Assembly: GCA_951406725.2 (NCBI GenBank) | Contig: OX597821.1 | Location: 58,900,001-58,964,000, forward strand | Reading direction: 5' to 3' | Length of the DNA: 64,000 bases | Source of the DNA: Octopus vulgaris | Taxonomy: Eukaryota | Shown: in pieces, positions 22,931-36,084 of the stretch | How the letters are laid out: every line of letters begins with the position of its first letter | How positions within the stretch are numbered: position 1 is the first letter of the stretch | Notes under the pieces: generated by a model | Seen by the model: the letters and a program-made list of their open reading frames with translations, nothing else | The model's database searches: none | Told to the model about the DNA's origin: nothing | Program-made: the position numbers and the translations under genes

Positions 22931-23365
22931 AAACAAAAGAAAAAAATGTTAGACAATGACTAATATTGTTTTCGTGTCACTGCATAATCAATTATTTTTA
23001 GTTATTTTTTTGTTAGCTTAAGAATCCAGTATTATCAACTAACAAATTTTTCACCAATAAGATAAGTATCATCATGCTACTCTTCTCAAAGAACCTAATT
23101 TCAGTTAAGTAGATGCTAAACTGAGAAGAGTTTGGCACTCTGACGTATAGTGATGGGATATAAAGTCATTGTTATGATTCTCATAAAGCCTTACACTCTC
23201 AGACTTCAAGTAGGAACTGAAGCTTCTCTTCATCCAATTATAAATATTAAACAGATTTTTACATCAGTTCAAATATGTTAAAGGACATATTTGATTTGTG
23301 ATTTTTGCTGCAGTTTGCCATGGAGAGAAAATATTGCTTTTGCCATTTCAAACTATGGACTAGTA

Positions 23366-23639
23366 TAATGGTTCCCAAAGTGGGTAGAACTGCACCCTTG
23401 GGGGTGGTAGAAAGATCCAGGGCGGGGCATGTTGAAGAAAAGTGGGGCAATAATGTGGTGGCCAAAAGGTGACAATTGATTTTTTTAAAAAGCCAAAATA
23501 ATGGGTTAATTAGGTTATGTTTTATTTGTGAAATACAGTTGTTTTGAATTTGCTGTGGTTGTAAGTGCAGTGGTGGGGTGCTAGGAATGTGACTTGGGTG
23601 TCAAGGGGGAAGCAGTCTGGAAAAGTTTGGGAATCACTG
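23366..23639. mobile_element. hAT (Charlie-like) MITE
   Basis: TAATGGTTCCCAAA / TTTGGGAATCACTG termini. Flanks GACTAGTA / CGCTAGTA. Confidence 0.7.
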
Positions 23640-23860
23640 CGCTAGTATATGCATTCTGAGCTCTTTATGCTCTCATTAATATTAGATACCAAGTGGGATA
23701 ACTCTGAAATACTGAAAGCCTTTTCTTCCTTATAAGAAATTAGTAGAAATTATGTACTAACTGTGTGCTGATCACAGGCCAGATCACAATTGATGGTTGG
23801 CATGTGGAACAGTGTTCTGAAATAAAACTTTTAAAACAGTTCAAATATGTTTGGGACATA

Positions 23861-24078
23861 TGAGAGGTACTGAAAAGTTCTTGGCTTTGGGTAAAAGAAA
23901 ATACAAGAGGATCAATTAATTATGATTATTTCCAACATATTCCTCTCTCAGTTTCACACACTTATTGCAGTGGTCCTTCAGTTCTTTTTTAAGCCCTGTA
24001 AAAGAACTCAGAAGGTTGGACCTCCAAGCAGGCCTTTCATGATATCTTTAAAGCCTGGAACTTTTCAGCACTCCCTCG
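23861..24078. mobile_element. Tc1/mariner MITE
   Basis: TA-flanked TIRs TGAGAGGTACTGAAAAGTTCTTGGCTTT / AAAGCCTGGAACTTTTCAGCACTCCCTCG. Confidence 0.8.
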
Positions 24079-27000
24079 TATTTGGTTTATAAACAGGCCA
24101 TTTTCACTGCAGTTTGCTATAGAGAAAAATTCTCTCTTTAAGCATCAGACTCATTTCAGAGTGCCTCTTATAGACTAATATATTCATTTCAAGTTCTTTA
24201 TTATGCTTTCACCAGTTTTAGATACTAAGTGGTCTTTACTGTTAAATTAATTTGTTAATTACTGTTTTGTTATATCAAGAATGGTTCACCTTTATGGCAA
24301 ATAGGAACTAAACAGTACTCTGACATCATATTTAAACTGGTAAACAGAGTAGTAATCTTGCTACACACTATAAATATTTTATCAACAGCATTGGATTGAT
24401 TTCTTTTAACTTTAGGTCACTAAGCTTAATTTGTTTCTCACCCAAATCATTAGTTGAGGAAATAGGCTTGTCTTTAGCATATTAAGTTTCATTACAAAAT
24501 TTATATAATTTTGCTCTGGATACTTACTACATATTCTTTCCAGTTAAAGATAAAAATATTTTCAGTCAACAAATAGCTTACAATACCATTAAAAAAAATT
24601 CTTTTTGACGTTTATATAATTATTTTGTAAAGTAAACTGTTTAAATAAACGATTAGCTGAAAGAATGTTCTTTGTCTGTTTAGCTATATGCTCCTCCTTT
24701 GGGATTTGAACTCTGTTAGCCTAGAATAAGCATTGTGATTCATTGGTAGCGTATTATGTTTTAACATTTCAGAATTCCAAAGTTAAAGTCATGTTAAGGT
24801 TGATTTTCTTTTTATTTACTTACTTTTTTTTAATGTTCCATTCTGTTTTCCTGTAGTTGATAAAAGTACTGGAAATTATGTATGTCTGGGATAAGATGTT
24901 AAATTCATGAAACACAGCAGTAAGTGAAAACAGCATCCCATCTGAGTTTGGGATTATCAAGTTGAAGAATATTTATCTGTATAGGCTTGGCTTGGGTTGG
25001 CTGTGTGGTTAAGCAGCTTGCTTTGCAACTATATAGTTTCAGGTTCAATTCCACTGCATGGTATCTTGGGCAAATGTCTTCTCCTTATAGGCCCAAGTTG
25101 ACCGATACCATGTGAGTGAATTTGGTAAAAGCCCCATGTACATGACTATGTGTCTGTGTCTTCATGCCTATGTTTGTCCCCACCACTTGATAACAAGTGT
25201 TGGTTTGTTGACATCCTTGTAACTTAGCCATTCTGAAAAGGACACCAGTAGAATAAGTACTAGACTTAAAAAGTAAGTACTGGGGTTGATCTGTTCAACT
25301 AAAACCTTTCAAGACAGCACCCCAGCATGGTTGCAGTCCAATGACTGAAACAAGTGTAAGATGAAAGATAGCAATTAATATCATTTTTAAAAAATCCGGT
25401 CAATAGTTTCAATTAGCTATACTTGTCCAATGTAGGTGTAGTGCAGCTGAATGGTTAAGAATGTCACTTCATAACCACAAGGTCCTGGGTTCAATCCTAT
25501 TGCATGGCATCTTGGGCAGATGTCATTTTCTATAGTCTCTTTCTCTCATATTCACCTTGTATCTTGAGGATATATCTTCACTATACCTTTCCCCTCCACT
25601 CTCTCTATCTGTCTGTCTCTCCCCCTCCCCCCAGCTGGTAAAAACTGTGTATTCACCACTTCAGCAAGACACGTCTTCTTGTCCTTCTATCATAGTTTGA
25701 CATCCATCAGTCATGTGATTTCATCTTGCGAGTACATGGTGACCACACTGGTGCTGATGGTGCCATGTAAAAAACACTCAGTACACACTGTAAAGTGGTG
25801 GGCATTAGGAAAAGCATCCAGTGGTTGAAACTATGCCAAAGCAGACGTTAGAGCTTGGCAGTCTTCTGGCTCAATGGATCCTATCAAACCATCCAACTTA
25901 TGGACAAACAAATATCAAATGATGACGATAGTGATGATGGTGAGTGAAATTGGATAAATGGAGACAATATGGAATCCTGTTGGATGGATTACACCTGTGA
26001 TTCAAAAAGTACAACACCATTTATTTTTCTCTCTCTCTCTCTCCTCTCCTTCCCTATCCTATTGGTAGTCAAGTAACTCCTCCATAGTAAGACAACTCTC
26101 TCTGTCCCTCTATTATACACTAACCTCTAACCTGGTTCACAACCATTTCTCTCGGTGCCACTCTCTCTCTCACCTGAGATGGCTTTGACTTGCAAGCTAC
26201 TTGGTGACCCTGCTGGTGCTACATAAAAGAACACTCAGTACACAGCAGTAAAGGGAAGGGCATCCAGCCGTAGAAACCAAGCCAAAACAGACAAATGAAG
26301 CTTGGTGTAGCTCTCCGGCTTGCCAGCTTCTATTGAACCATCTAACCCATACCAGCATGGAAAATGGACGTTTAATGATGATGATGATGACACACACACT
26401 GCATTACATTGATTCTGCCTGAGAATTACATTAAAAGCACAAATGTCTGTGAAATACTCAACCAGTTATACACTGGAACATATTCAGGAGCAGATAATTC
26501 AGTTGATGAAATAAGAGAATCCTCAATGCTGAATGACCGAGATCTGCCACTTGACCAGTTAGCAATATTAGCAAATCACTCTATCTTTACTTGGTATTCC
26601 TTTACCTTTACTCTTCATTCATTTTTAACTCTGAAACATCATTCATATATGTGATTTATCTTTTATCTACTTCCTGTTACTTGTCTCAGTCATTGGACTG
26701 CAAGCCATGCTGGGACACCAACTTCAAGGGTTTATTCGAACAAATCAACCCTGGTATTTATTTTTCAGTCTAGTACTTACTCTGTTGGTCTCTTTCGTGG
26801 AACTGCTAAATTACGAGGATGTAAACAAACCAGCATCAGTTGTCAAGTGGTGGCAGGGGACAAATACAATCACAGAGACACATATAGGCACACACACACA
26901 CACACATGTACGCACGCACACACACATACACGCGCAATGGGATTATACACAGTTTCCATATACCAAATTTACTCACAAGGCATTGGTTGTCCCAGGGCTA

Positions 27001-27122
27001 TAGTAGAAGATGCTCTGTAGTGGGTCTGAACATGAAACACATAGTTTTCAAAGCAAGCTTCTTAACCACATAGCCATGCTTGTGCACATCACAGCTTTAT
27101 CATATCAGCTAAATTACTGTTA

Positions 27123-27161
<39 letters not shown>

Positions 27162-27348
27162 CTCAGTTATAAATAATATATTTAGATAAATTATGTGTCT
27201 AGACAAATAACCATTGTGTATCCTTTCAAAATATTACTGGTGTTTGTTTCTTGTTGGTATGTGGATTCTTTAAATTACTCTCAATTTTGAATAGTGGGAG
27301 TTTGTTCAGTTGGTGATATTGTAGTAATTATCTTGAGGCTGAAATATC

Positions 27349-27495
27349 CGTCTGTCCATCCCTCTGTCTGTCTGTCCATCCCTCTGTCTGTCTGTCCATC
27401 CCTCTGTCTGTCTGTCCATCCCTCTGTCTGTCTGTCCATCCATCCAATCATCCTTCTGTCTATCTATCTATCTATCTATCTGTCTGTCTGTCTAA
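27349..27495. repeat. 20-bp minisatellite (CTGTCTGTCTGTCCATCCCT)n grading into (TCTA)n
   Basis: Directly visible tandem units. Confidence 0.85.
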
Positions 27496-27909
27496 ACAAT
27501 CAATCAATTGGTCATTCATGATCAAAGGCTCTTGGTATTTGTGTATTTTGTTTTAATATTAAAAGTGCCTACTGGCTGAAATAATTATTGATTGGTTCAT
27601 TAAAACAAAATACAGTTAAGTAATCAAAGTTAGTGTCTATATCTTCCATCTTTTACTTGTTTCAGTTGTTAGACTGTGACCATGCTGGGGCACCACCTTG
27701 GATAATTTTAGTCAAATGAATCGACCTCAGTACTTATTTTTTGAAGCATGGTACTTATTCTACTGATCTCTTTTGCGAACTGCTAAGTTATAGGATGTAA
27801 ACACACCAACACCAGTTGTCAAGCATTGGTTGGGGACAAACACAGGCAAAGACACACATTCACACACATATATGTGATGGTCTTCTTTCAGTTTCTGTCT
27901 ACTCCTGTA

Positions 27910-28319
27910 GGTGCAGGAGTGGCTGTGTGGTAAGTAGCTTGCTTACCAACCACATGGTTCAGGGTTCAGTCCCACTGTGTGGTACCTTGGGCAAGTGTCT
28001 TCTACTATAGCCTCGGGCTGACCAAAGCCTTGTGAGTGGATTTGGTAGACAGAAACTGAAAGACCCTCGTATATATGTATATGTATGTATGTGTGTGTAT
28101 ATGTTTGTGTGTCTGTGTTTATCCCCCCAACATCGCTTGACAACCGATGCTGGTGTGTTTACGTCCCCGTAACTTAGCAGTTCGGCAAAAGAGTATGATA
28201 GAATAAGTACTAGGCTTAGAAAGAATAAGTCCTGGGGGATTTGCTCAACTAAAGGCAGTGCTCCAGCATGGCTGCAGTCAAATGACTGAAACAAGTAAAA
28301 GAGAGAAAAGAGAGAGAGT
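27910..28319 (+). mobile_element. SINE family A, full length, inserted into an opposite-strand family A copy (27645-28360)
   Basis: Complete head, body and tail. The host copy resumes at TACCAAATCAACTCACAAGG (~28319). Confidence 0.85.
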
Positions 28320-29497
28320 ACCAAATCAACTCACAAGGCTTTTGTTGGCCTGAGGCAATTAATTTAAATGCAAGGTTGTTATATGAACAATAACAAGTGT
28401 ATTTACTGTCAGACTGGATTGAAAGTGTTGGATTCTTTATCACTAATAATGATTGCTTCTGATTTAGGGAGTGAGGTTAGCTGATTAAATCTATTCCAGC
28501 ACTTATTTTCTTCCCAAGGTCTAGGACTCATAAGCTTACTCAGTTTCCATGGCACATAAGTGACCAAGATCACAGCATTCACCTGAACAGGATGTCAATC
28601 TGTTGCAGGGTTCAAGGCCAGAAATTTTTTGATGGAAGGGGCCAAGATGATTATATTGACCTCTAGTACTTGACAGATGATTTATTTATCTGCCCTGAAG
28701 GGATGGAAAGCAAATTTGACTTGGTAGGATTTGAATTCGAAATGTAAACAGCCACAAGAAATGCCATTATGCATTTTGTCCAATGTGCTAATGATTTGCC
28801 AGTTTGCTGCCTTATCCTAGTTCTTGACTAATACTTGTTGTCCCTAGAAGGATGGAAGACAAAGTAGACCTCAGTGGTATTGGAACTCAGAATATAAAAA
28901 ACCAGAAGACACATTAGTTTCAAATTTTGGCACACAGCAAACAATTTCAAGGGAGTGGGTAAATCAATTACATTGATCCTAGTGTTCAACTGGTACTTAT
29001 TTTATTGACCCTGAAAGGGAGAAAGGCAAAGATGACCTCAGTGGAATTTTGAGCACAGAACGTATAGACAGATGAAATACTGCTAAGCATTTTGCCCAGT
29101 GTGCTAATAGTTCTGCCAGCTTGCCACCTTAGAGCCAAAAGAAATATTGCAAGGTATTTTGCCTGCTTCTCTCAGTGAGAATTCTTCCAATCTGATATTT
29201 GTCAAGAAGAATCACTTTCAAATCAAATTTTTAGTCTATGTTCATCAATATAATAAAATATTACTATAAAATATAATAGGTTCAGTCATGGCTATGTGAT
29301 TGAGAAGTTTGCTTCACAGCCACACGGTTTCATGTTCAGTTCTACTGTGTGACATCTTGGGCAAGTACCTTCTATTATAACTCTAGAACAACCAAAGCCT
29401 TATGAGTAGAATTGGTATGTGGAAGCTGAAAGAAGCCTGTCATACACACATAGACATGCACACACACACACACACATACACACACACACACACATAT

Positions 29498-29653
29498 CAG
29501 GGGTGGACTGAGAGTATTAAGGGCCCTCAGTTATAACTGTTTACCAGGCCCCTTAGTATTGATATCAGTAGAGTTAACATGTAGAGTGTGGGCCCATCAG
29601 AGCTCTGGGCCCTTGGGCAGTGCCCAATTGACTGATGGCTCAGTTTGCCCCTG
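29498..29653. mobile_element. Small DNA-transposon MITE inside a SINE microsatellite
   Basis: TIRs CAGGGGTGGACTGAG / CTCAGTTTGCCCCTG. Confidence 0.65.
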
Positions 29654-30402
29654 ATATGTGTGTGTGTATATCTCAGCTTGATACCATGTGATAAAAGAAT
29701 GTCTGTATCATACAAGCAGTGTCATTTATTTCCGATATTCTGTGAAATTATGTCTAACGATGGGGAAAAACAACCTTTGTTTTTAAAGAGGTAAGGGTTG
29801 GCATCTAGCCATAGAAAATGTACCTCAATAGACTTCATCTGACCCATGCAAGAATGGAAAAGTGGATGTTAAAACACTGATGTTAATAACTACAATAACT
29901 TGTATGTTGCAGTGTCTACATTGCTTTGTGAAATGATGTCTTACTTTCATTCATGAAAGGTATAACAAAGTTCTATGGGAGGTTTTTGAAAATGCTGGCT
30001 TTCATTATGGTGTTCCAAATAGATAAGAAGCATTATCCAAATTCACATCTTTGAAACCGTGCATAGATACAATTTTAATTGCTATAATATCTATCTTTTT
30101 TTGCGTTTGTAATGTGTGGAAAAATGAAAAATGAAAAAAAAAAAAAGAAAGACAGACAGAATGCTTTGGTTGAAAAAACTCACCTAATTATCCAGTAATG
30201 AACCTAGCTGTTATTTGTTTAGAATAGTAAATTACTTTCTTGAGCAAGTAATCGGAAACCACACAGTAGTTATTGTTCGGAAAGAAATCAGCAGGAAAAA
30301 AGAAAAAGGGTACTTTTAGAAAGTAAATAGGAGTGACACTGCATAATCAAGACTTATCAATGAGTTACTGAATACAAATATGTAAAGTGAGGGTTATAGT
30401 TG

Positions 30403-30436
<34 letters not shown>

Positions 30437-30574
30437 TTCATGTCCATCTTCCATGCTGGCATGGGTTGGACAGTTTGGCAGAGCTGGCCAGCTGGAGAGC
30501 TGCACCAGGCTCCATTTGTCTGTTTTGATATAGTTTCTATGGCTGGATGCCCTTCCTAATGCTATACAGTGTAC

Positions 30575-30875
30575 TGGGTGCCTTTTATGTGGCACTGACA
30601 CAGACACTTTTATGTGACACTGGCATGGGTACCTTCACGAGGCACCAGCACAAGTGCTTTTTATGTGACATTTACACAAGTGCATTTTACATGACATTGG
30701 CACCAGGGCCTTTTATACGACACCAGCTCAAGTGCTTTTCATATGACACTGGCACAAGTGCCTTCTATGTGACACCAGCACAAGTGCTTTTGTACGTGAC
30801 ACTGACATGAGTGCCTCTTACATGACACCAGCACGATTGCCTTTTACATGACTCTTGCATGAGTGCTTTTTACAC
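30575..30875. repeat. ~27-bp minisatellite within a family C element (30404-30875, minus)
   Basis: About 11 diverged units of AAGTGCTTTTTATGTGACACCAGCAC. A shorter array of the same unit lies at ~36690-36800. Confidence 0.8.
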
Positions 30876-31265
30876 AACGCCTGTTTGTAGTCAGATAGAA
30901 ATGAATGTAGTTCATTTATTTAGGATTATGGATCAGACTTCAGTGGCTTTTGTTTTGTTTTTTATAATTAAACAATAACAGAATATTACATTGAGCTGCG
31001 ATAATGGGCAGACTCATATATCCTTCTTTTGTTTAGGGCCCCAACAACAATAGTACTTATTAAAACATGATCTCACCTAATGGTAATTTATACAAGAAAT
31101 TGTAAACTGGATGTAGGAGAATTGGTAACTTAATTAAAGATTCTGCAACTGATAATGGTGAAAATATTGGTTTTGAGTGAACAACTCCAACATCTCAGTA
31201 ACTGATAGGATAATAGAATATTTTCTTAGTGTAGTACAAATATAAAAATGAGATGTATATCAATT

Positions 31266-31655
31266 AAGAGTGACTGTGTGGTAAGTAGCTTGCTTACCAA
31301 CCACATGGTTCCGGGTTCAGTCCCACTGCGTGGCATCTTGGGCAAGTGTCTTCTGCTATAGCCTCGGGCCGACCAATGCCTTGTGAGTGGATTTGGTAGA
31401 CGGAAACTGAAAGAAGCCTGTCGGATATATGTATATATATATATGTATGTTTGTGTGTCTGTGTTTGTCCCCCTAGCATTGCTTGACAACCGATGCTAGT
31501 GTGTTTACGTCCCCGTAACTTAGCGGTTCAGCAAAAAGAGACCGATAGAATAAGTACTGGGCTTACAAAGAATAAGTCCCGGGGTCGAGTTGCTCGATTA
31601 AAGGCGGTGCTCCAGCATGGCCGCAGTCAAATGACTGAAACAAGTAAAAGAGAGA
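31266..31655 (+). mobile_element. SINE family A, young full-length copy
   Basis: A-box TGACTGTGTGG, B-box GGTTCAGTCCC, internal (TA/TG)n, tail ATGACTGAAACAAGTAAAAGAG. CpGs retained. Confidence 0.9.
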
Positions 31656-33859
31656 ATCTAACACTATGGTCAAAATTCATAAACACTAACAATACAGTTA
31701 TTTTCATTTATCATGAGTGTTTGGTTCCAGAAGAACAACACCATGTTAAACAAATCAGTGGGTTAATGAATAAATGAATGTATGCAAAAATATAGGTTTC
31801 ATTCTGAAATTCCAAGTTATTCTCCCAGCTATTTCAAACAACCTCTCCAAGGACTATTAATGTCAGATACTCAATGCTTGTGTTTTATTATGCATTTAGT
31901 AGCTGCAGGATTTGTCCAGTGGAAAGTCCCCCTTAAACGTTGAATACTTCAAACCAGATGAAATGAATTGCTCTGCTAGTGAACGAGAACAATGGACACT
32001 GACATCTTGCTGCCACCTCTGTGGGGCAATTCGTTTTTGCCTAGTGTGAGGTGTTCACTGTTTTTTAACACTTGGCACCTTAGGGGGACTTAGAACGTCC
32101 TCCTGAAAAACTTGGTTTGAACCCCACCTAAGCAAATTTAATTCTTGCACTTATGTATCCTGGATCTGTAATGAATGAATCAGTGATAAATGAGGATAGA
32201 TGTACCAAAGTTATTTCCTTTCATTTTTTTTTTTTTTATGTGGGCTAGACTCATTATATCATGTGTGAGAGGAAGACTTCCTAACATTCAGTCCAACACT
32301 CTTAGTCTGTGCAGATGGCGCTGTGCTGCTATAGCATTGTGAAGAATTATGGTGTCTACATTGAAAAACAGTCTTCAGAACTCCAGTTTGTTATAACAAT
32401 TGGTTTGAAATATTTGGAACTGAGCTGTTTTAAATTGTCTCTTTCTGCCATTCTGTGTGTGGCTGGCACTTTAGAAGAAGAAGAATATCCAGATGTCAGT
32501 GCTTTACTCCAGTTACTCATAATTATTACCACACACTCTATCTATATGGCTGTTATGATGACAAATGTAACCCAGGAGACTCATCTAATCCATACAAAAT
32601 TGATGATGAGATTACAGTCCTTTTTGGTGGTTAACTCATTGATCAGTTGAAAACTTACACAATGAATATCATATGGTTTTTCTTTTTACCCCTTTTCTAT
32701 TACTGCAATTACTACTGCTGCTGGGGATGATGAGGCTGCTATCTGTCTTTATTGTTATTGTACATTAATTGTCAGGTCATAAGCTAGGGCTTAATGAAAC
32801 TGATAGTTTTTCCGAGGTTTTTTTGGCAGGGTGTTTTTATATATTTTTGCTCAATGTGGTTTCATTCTGAACAATTGATGCAACATCATTTTTTTTTGTT
32901 GTTTTGTTTTTTTTTATTCTTTCCATGTACTTTCAGTTCTTTTGCATTGTGTTTCACAAGTCTTCCACCCTCTTAAAGGTAATATCCTGTTAACTTTCCC
33001 TCTCCCTTACTTCTTCCCCTTCCCCACTATCCATTTTTTTTTTAGTTTTGTATTTCTTTCACAATAGTTTTCAACAGCCACTTTACACTTCTAAAGTATT
33101 CAGTTCCAAATAGGAACATTTATCTTCCAAGATACAATGAAAGAAGCAAAAAAGGGAAAAACAAAAATAGATAAATCACAAAACGAGGAGGGGGGGTTAA
33201 TTTGAAAAACAATTTGTAATTTTTTTCCTTTTCTTTTCTCTCTCGCTTTTTTTTATTATTTTGAGACTTTCTGATGTTTCAGAATTGTCTTTAGTTTATA
33301 GTATTCTATTTACTTTCATACACATTTTATTTCGTTGTCTAGTAATACAGTGTTAGTATTTTATTTTTTTCTAGTAGATGTGTTGTATGGAACGGAACAC
33401 TCCTTGACTGAGATTAAATATTTTGACATTGCTATCTTAAAGTTCTACTACTGGGGTGGGAGTTGGGGGTTACTTTAGGAGGCAGAAAGAGGGCTTTTTA
33501 AATAGAGTTTTTTTACTATGAGTGGATTGCTAACATAACTAGTAAACACTTTCAGTTTAGGTTTACATGTTGAGTAAGGTGGCAGATGAAATTTGAATGA
33601 GTGACTAAGTAAACCAGATTTCAAATGTTTGTGTTTTAAAATTAAACAGATTTAAAGTTGGATTTGTGACTGGTTGAATACTTTGCAATACTTTATTTTG
33701 CTCATCTGAATTTTTAAAATCCCTTTTGTATTGGTTTTGTTTTTTGCTTTTAGTTGAGTCATTTAAAATATGTACCAGGCATGAAATGCAACCAAATCAG
33801 CTAGCTATACCCCCTATAAATGTATGCCTTTATGGAAATGTAATATACACACACACATA

Positions 33860-34787
33860 TTGGGTCATCCTATAAATAATATGGGGGTTTTTTTTATATT
33901 TATTTTATTTTTCAAAATTAAGATAAATAAAGTTATTTTTTAATCTAAGATATACTCTCCTTCATTTTTTACAATGCTCATCTATCTATCTGGTAGACTT
34001 GCAAGGCCCCCTCTTTCAAAATTCATTTGACCGTGATGAAAAATACTCCTTTAGAACTGTTCTGACCCTGTCTACAGAATTCATATTTTTTCCGTCCAAA
34101 TGATTTTTAAGACTGTGGAATAAATGATAATCAGATGGAGCAATGTCTGGTGAATATGGTGGGTGGGGCATCATTTCCTATTCAAACTACTCCAATCTTA
34201 GGAATGTCATCCTTGCTGTATGTGGCCAAGCATTATCCTCATGGAAGAACACCTCTCGTCTTGAAACCAAAGATGGTTTTTTTTCTTCTAGTCCTAACTT
34301 GAATGACTAGTTGAATGACCAAATCCAAGCTTCTCTGCTAATTCCTCAACAGTTACAATGGGATTTTGTTCCACCAGGGTTTGCAGGACGTCCTCATCAA
34401 GCTCTGCAGATCTTCCAGGATGGGGCTTGTCTTCTAGGCTGTAGTTTCTGGTTTGGAATTTCTGGAACCACCATTGACACTGGCTTACGCTTATTGTCTG
34501 ATCCCCATATACTGCATTAATATTCCTCACACTTTCCATTGCATTGTTGCCTTTATTGAACTCCTAAAGCAAAATATTCTGAAAATGCTCCTTTGTCACT
34601 TCCATTATAGCTTTGAAAAAATAACTGTTAAAATTAAACTGCTCTCTTCAAAACTTGCATTAAGAATAAAGACAAAGGTAAAATTACTATCTGCTTTTAT
34701 ATCAAGTTGATGTGGGTAGTTTATCTCGTCTCCTTCTGACTTAATTCATGCAACTGGAAAAACCACGTTATTTATGGGATGACCTGA
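33860..34787 (-). mobile_element. Internally deleted mariner element (928 bp)
   Basis: TA-flanked TIRs TTGGGTCATCCTATAAATAA / TTATTTATGGGATGACCTGA. The N-terminal HTH (MEVTKEH...WWFQKF...TVEELAEKLG) joins directly to HEDNAWPH...YSPDIAPSD, so the first-D region is missing. Confidence 0.9.
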
Positions 34788-35019
34788 TATATTCTTTGCC
34801 TTTTGCTTGTTTCAGTCATATGACTGCAGCCCTGCTGGAGCATCGCCTTAAAGAGTTTTAGTTGAAGAAATTGACCTCGGGACTTATTCTTTTGTAAGCC
34901 TAGTACCTATTCTATCGATCAGTTTTGCTGAACTACTAAGTTACAGAGGCATAAACACTCCAACATCAGTTGTCAAGCGATGGTTGGGGGACAAACACAG
35001 ACACAAAGATGCACGTGTG

Positions 35020-35055
<36 letters not shown>

Positions 35056-35485
35056 CTGGGCCTCTACACAGTTTCCATCAAGCAAATTCACTCACAAGGC
35101 ATTGGTTAGGCCGGGGCAACAGTGGAAAGCACTTGCCTAAGGTGCTGCACAGTGGGACTGAACCTGATATTATGTGGTTGCAAAGTGAGCTTCTTTAACA
35201 GCACACTCATGTCTACTCATATGTTTATGTCTATCTGTCTGTTTATATATTTAAATTTAAAATAATTAGGGTGAAAAATTGAATATTAATTTGATTAATA
35301 TCAATTTAAAACCAGTGCTCTAGCATATTGAAAAATCTGAAGTTTCAGAAAAAATTATATTACATACATATATATATATATGTATATAACTATATAAATA
35401 CAAGGGTAAAAATTATTAAAATAATAATTTATACCAGTGGTTAGCATGGGTAATAAAAAGTCAGAAGGTATAAATATTTTTGTAA

Positions 35486-35740
35486 TATAAGAGTGTATAA
35501 AAATTTATACACAGAGAGAAAACCACCATGTGGACTTCTTACATGCTAAAAAGGACAGTCAACTTCTAAACCATGAAAAGACATTCTTATTAATTACACA
35601 TTGCTTGTAGGCAAGCAGAACACTTGAATGAATAAAAATCTCAGTTTTTTTCATGGTTTAGGATTTGACTGTTCTTTTTAGCATGTAAGAAGTTCACATG
35701 TATAAATCTCTCCATGTATAAATTTTTATACACTCTTATA
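35486..35740. repeat. Inverted repeat, ~97-bp arms, ~60-nt spacer
   Basis: TATAAGAGTGTATAAAAATTTATAC...CTTCTTACATGCTAAAAAG versus CTTTTTAGCATGTAAGAAG...GTATAAATTTTTATACACTCTTATA. Confidence 0.8.
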
Positions 35741-36084
35741 TACATACATTTATATATATGCGCATGCTAGTAGTGGCATGCAAAAAGCATCTAGTTCACT
35801 CTGAAGAAAAGTTGTTGGCATTAGGAAGGGCATCCAGTTGTAGAAACCAAGCCAAAATGAACAGTGGAGCTTGGTACAGTCCTCCAAACCATGCTAGTGT
35901 GGAAGACGGATGTTAAAAGATGATGATGATGGTAATGATGATATATATAGTGGGAGAATTAATATGTATAAACAGATTAGAGAGTTGAAATATCATATAA
36001 AATTGTGTTCCAACTTCTTACTGCTAAACTGCAACTGAAGGTCTAAAGGTATCTAATTACATTAGCAATAGGGGCATTGAATAC

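Noticed and set aside
26409-26654. 81-aa ORF with protein-like composition
   Set aside because: Non-ATG start, no splice signals, wedged between SINEs and no recognisable motif.
30575-30875. CRISPR-like array of ~27-bp repeats
   Set aside because: Units are contiguous and diverged with no unique spacers, no cas genes are present, and the context is a eukaryotic retroelement.
32309-32650. 113-aa ORF as a protein-coding gene
   Set aside because: No recognisable domain or clear splice boundaries. Kept only as part of the TE-free island finding.
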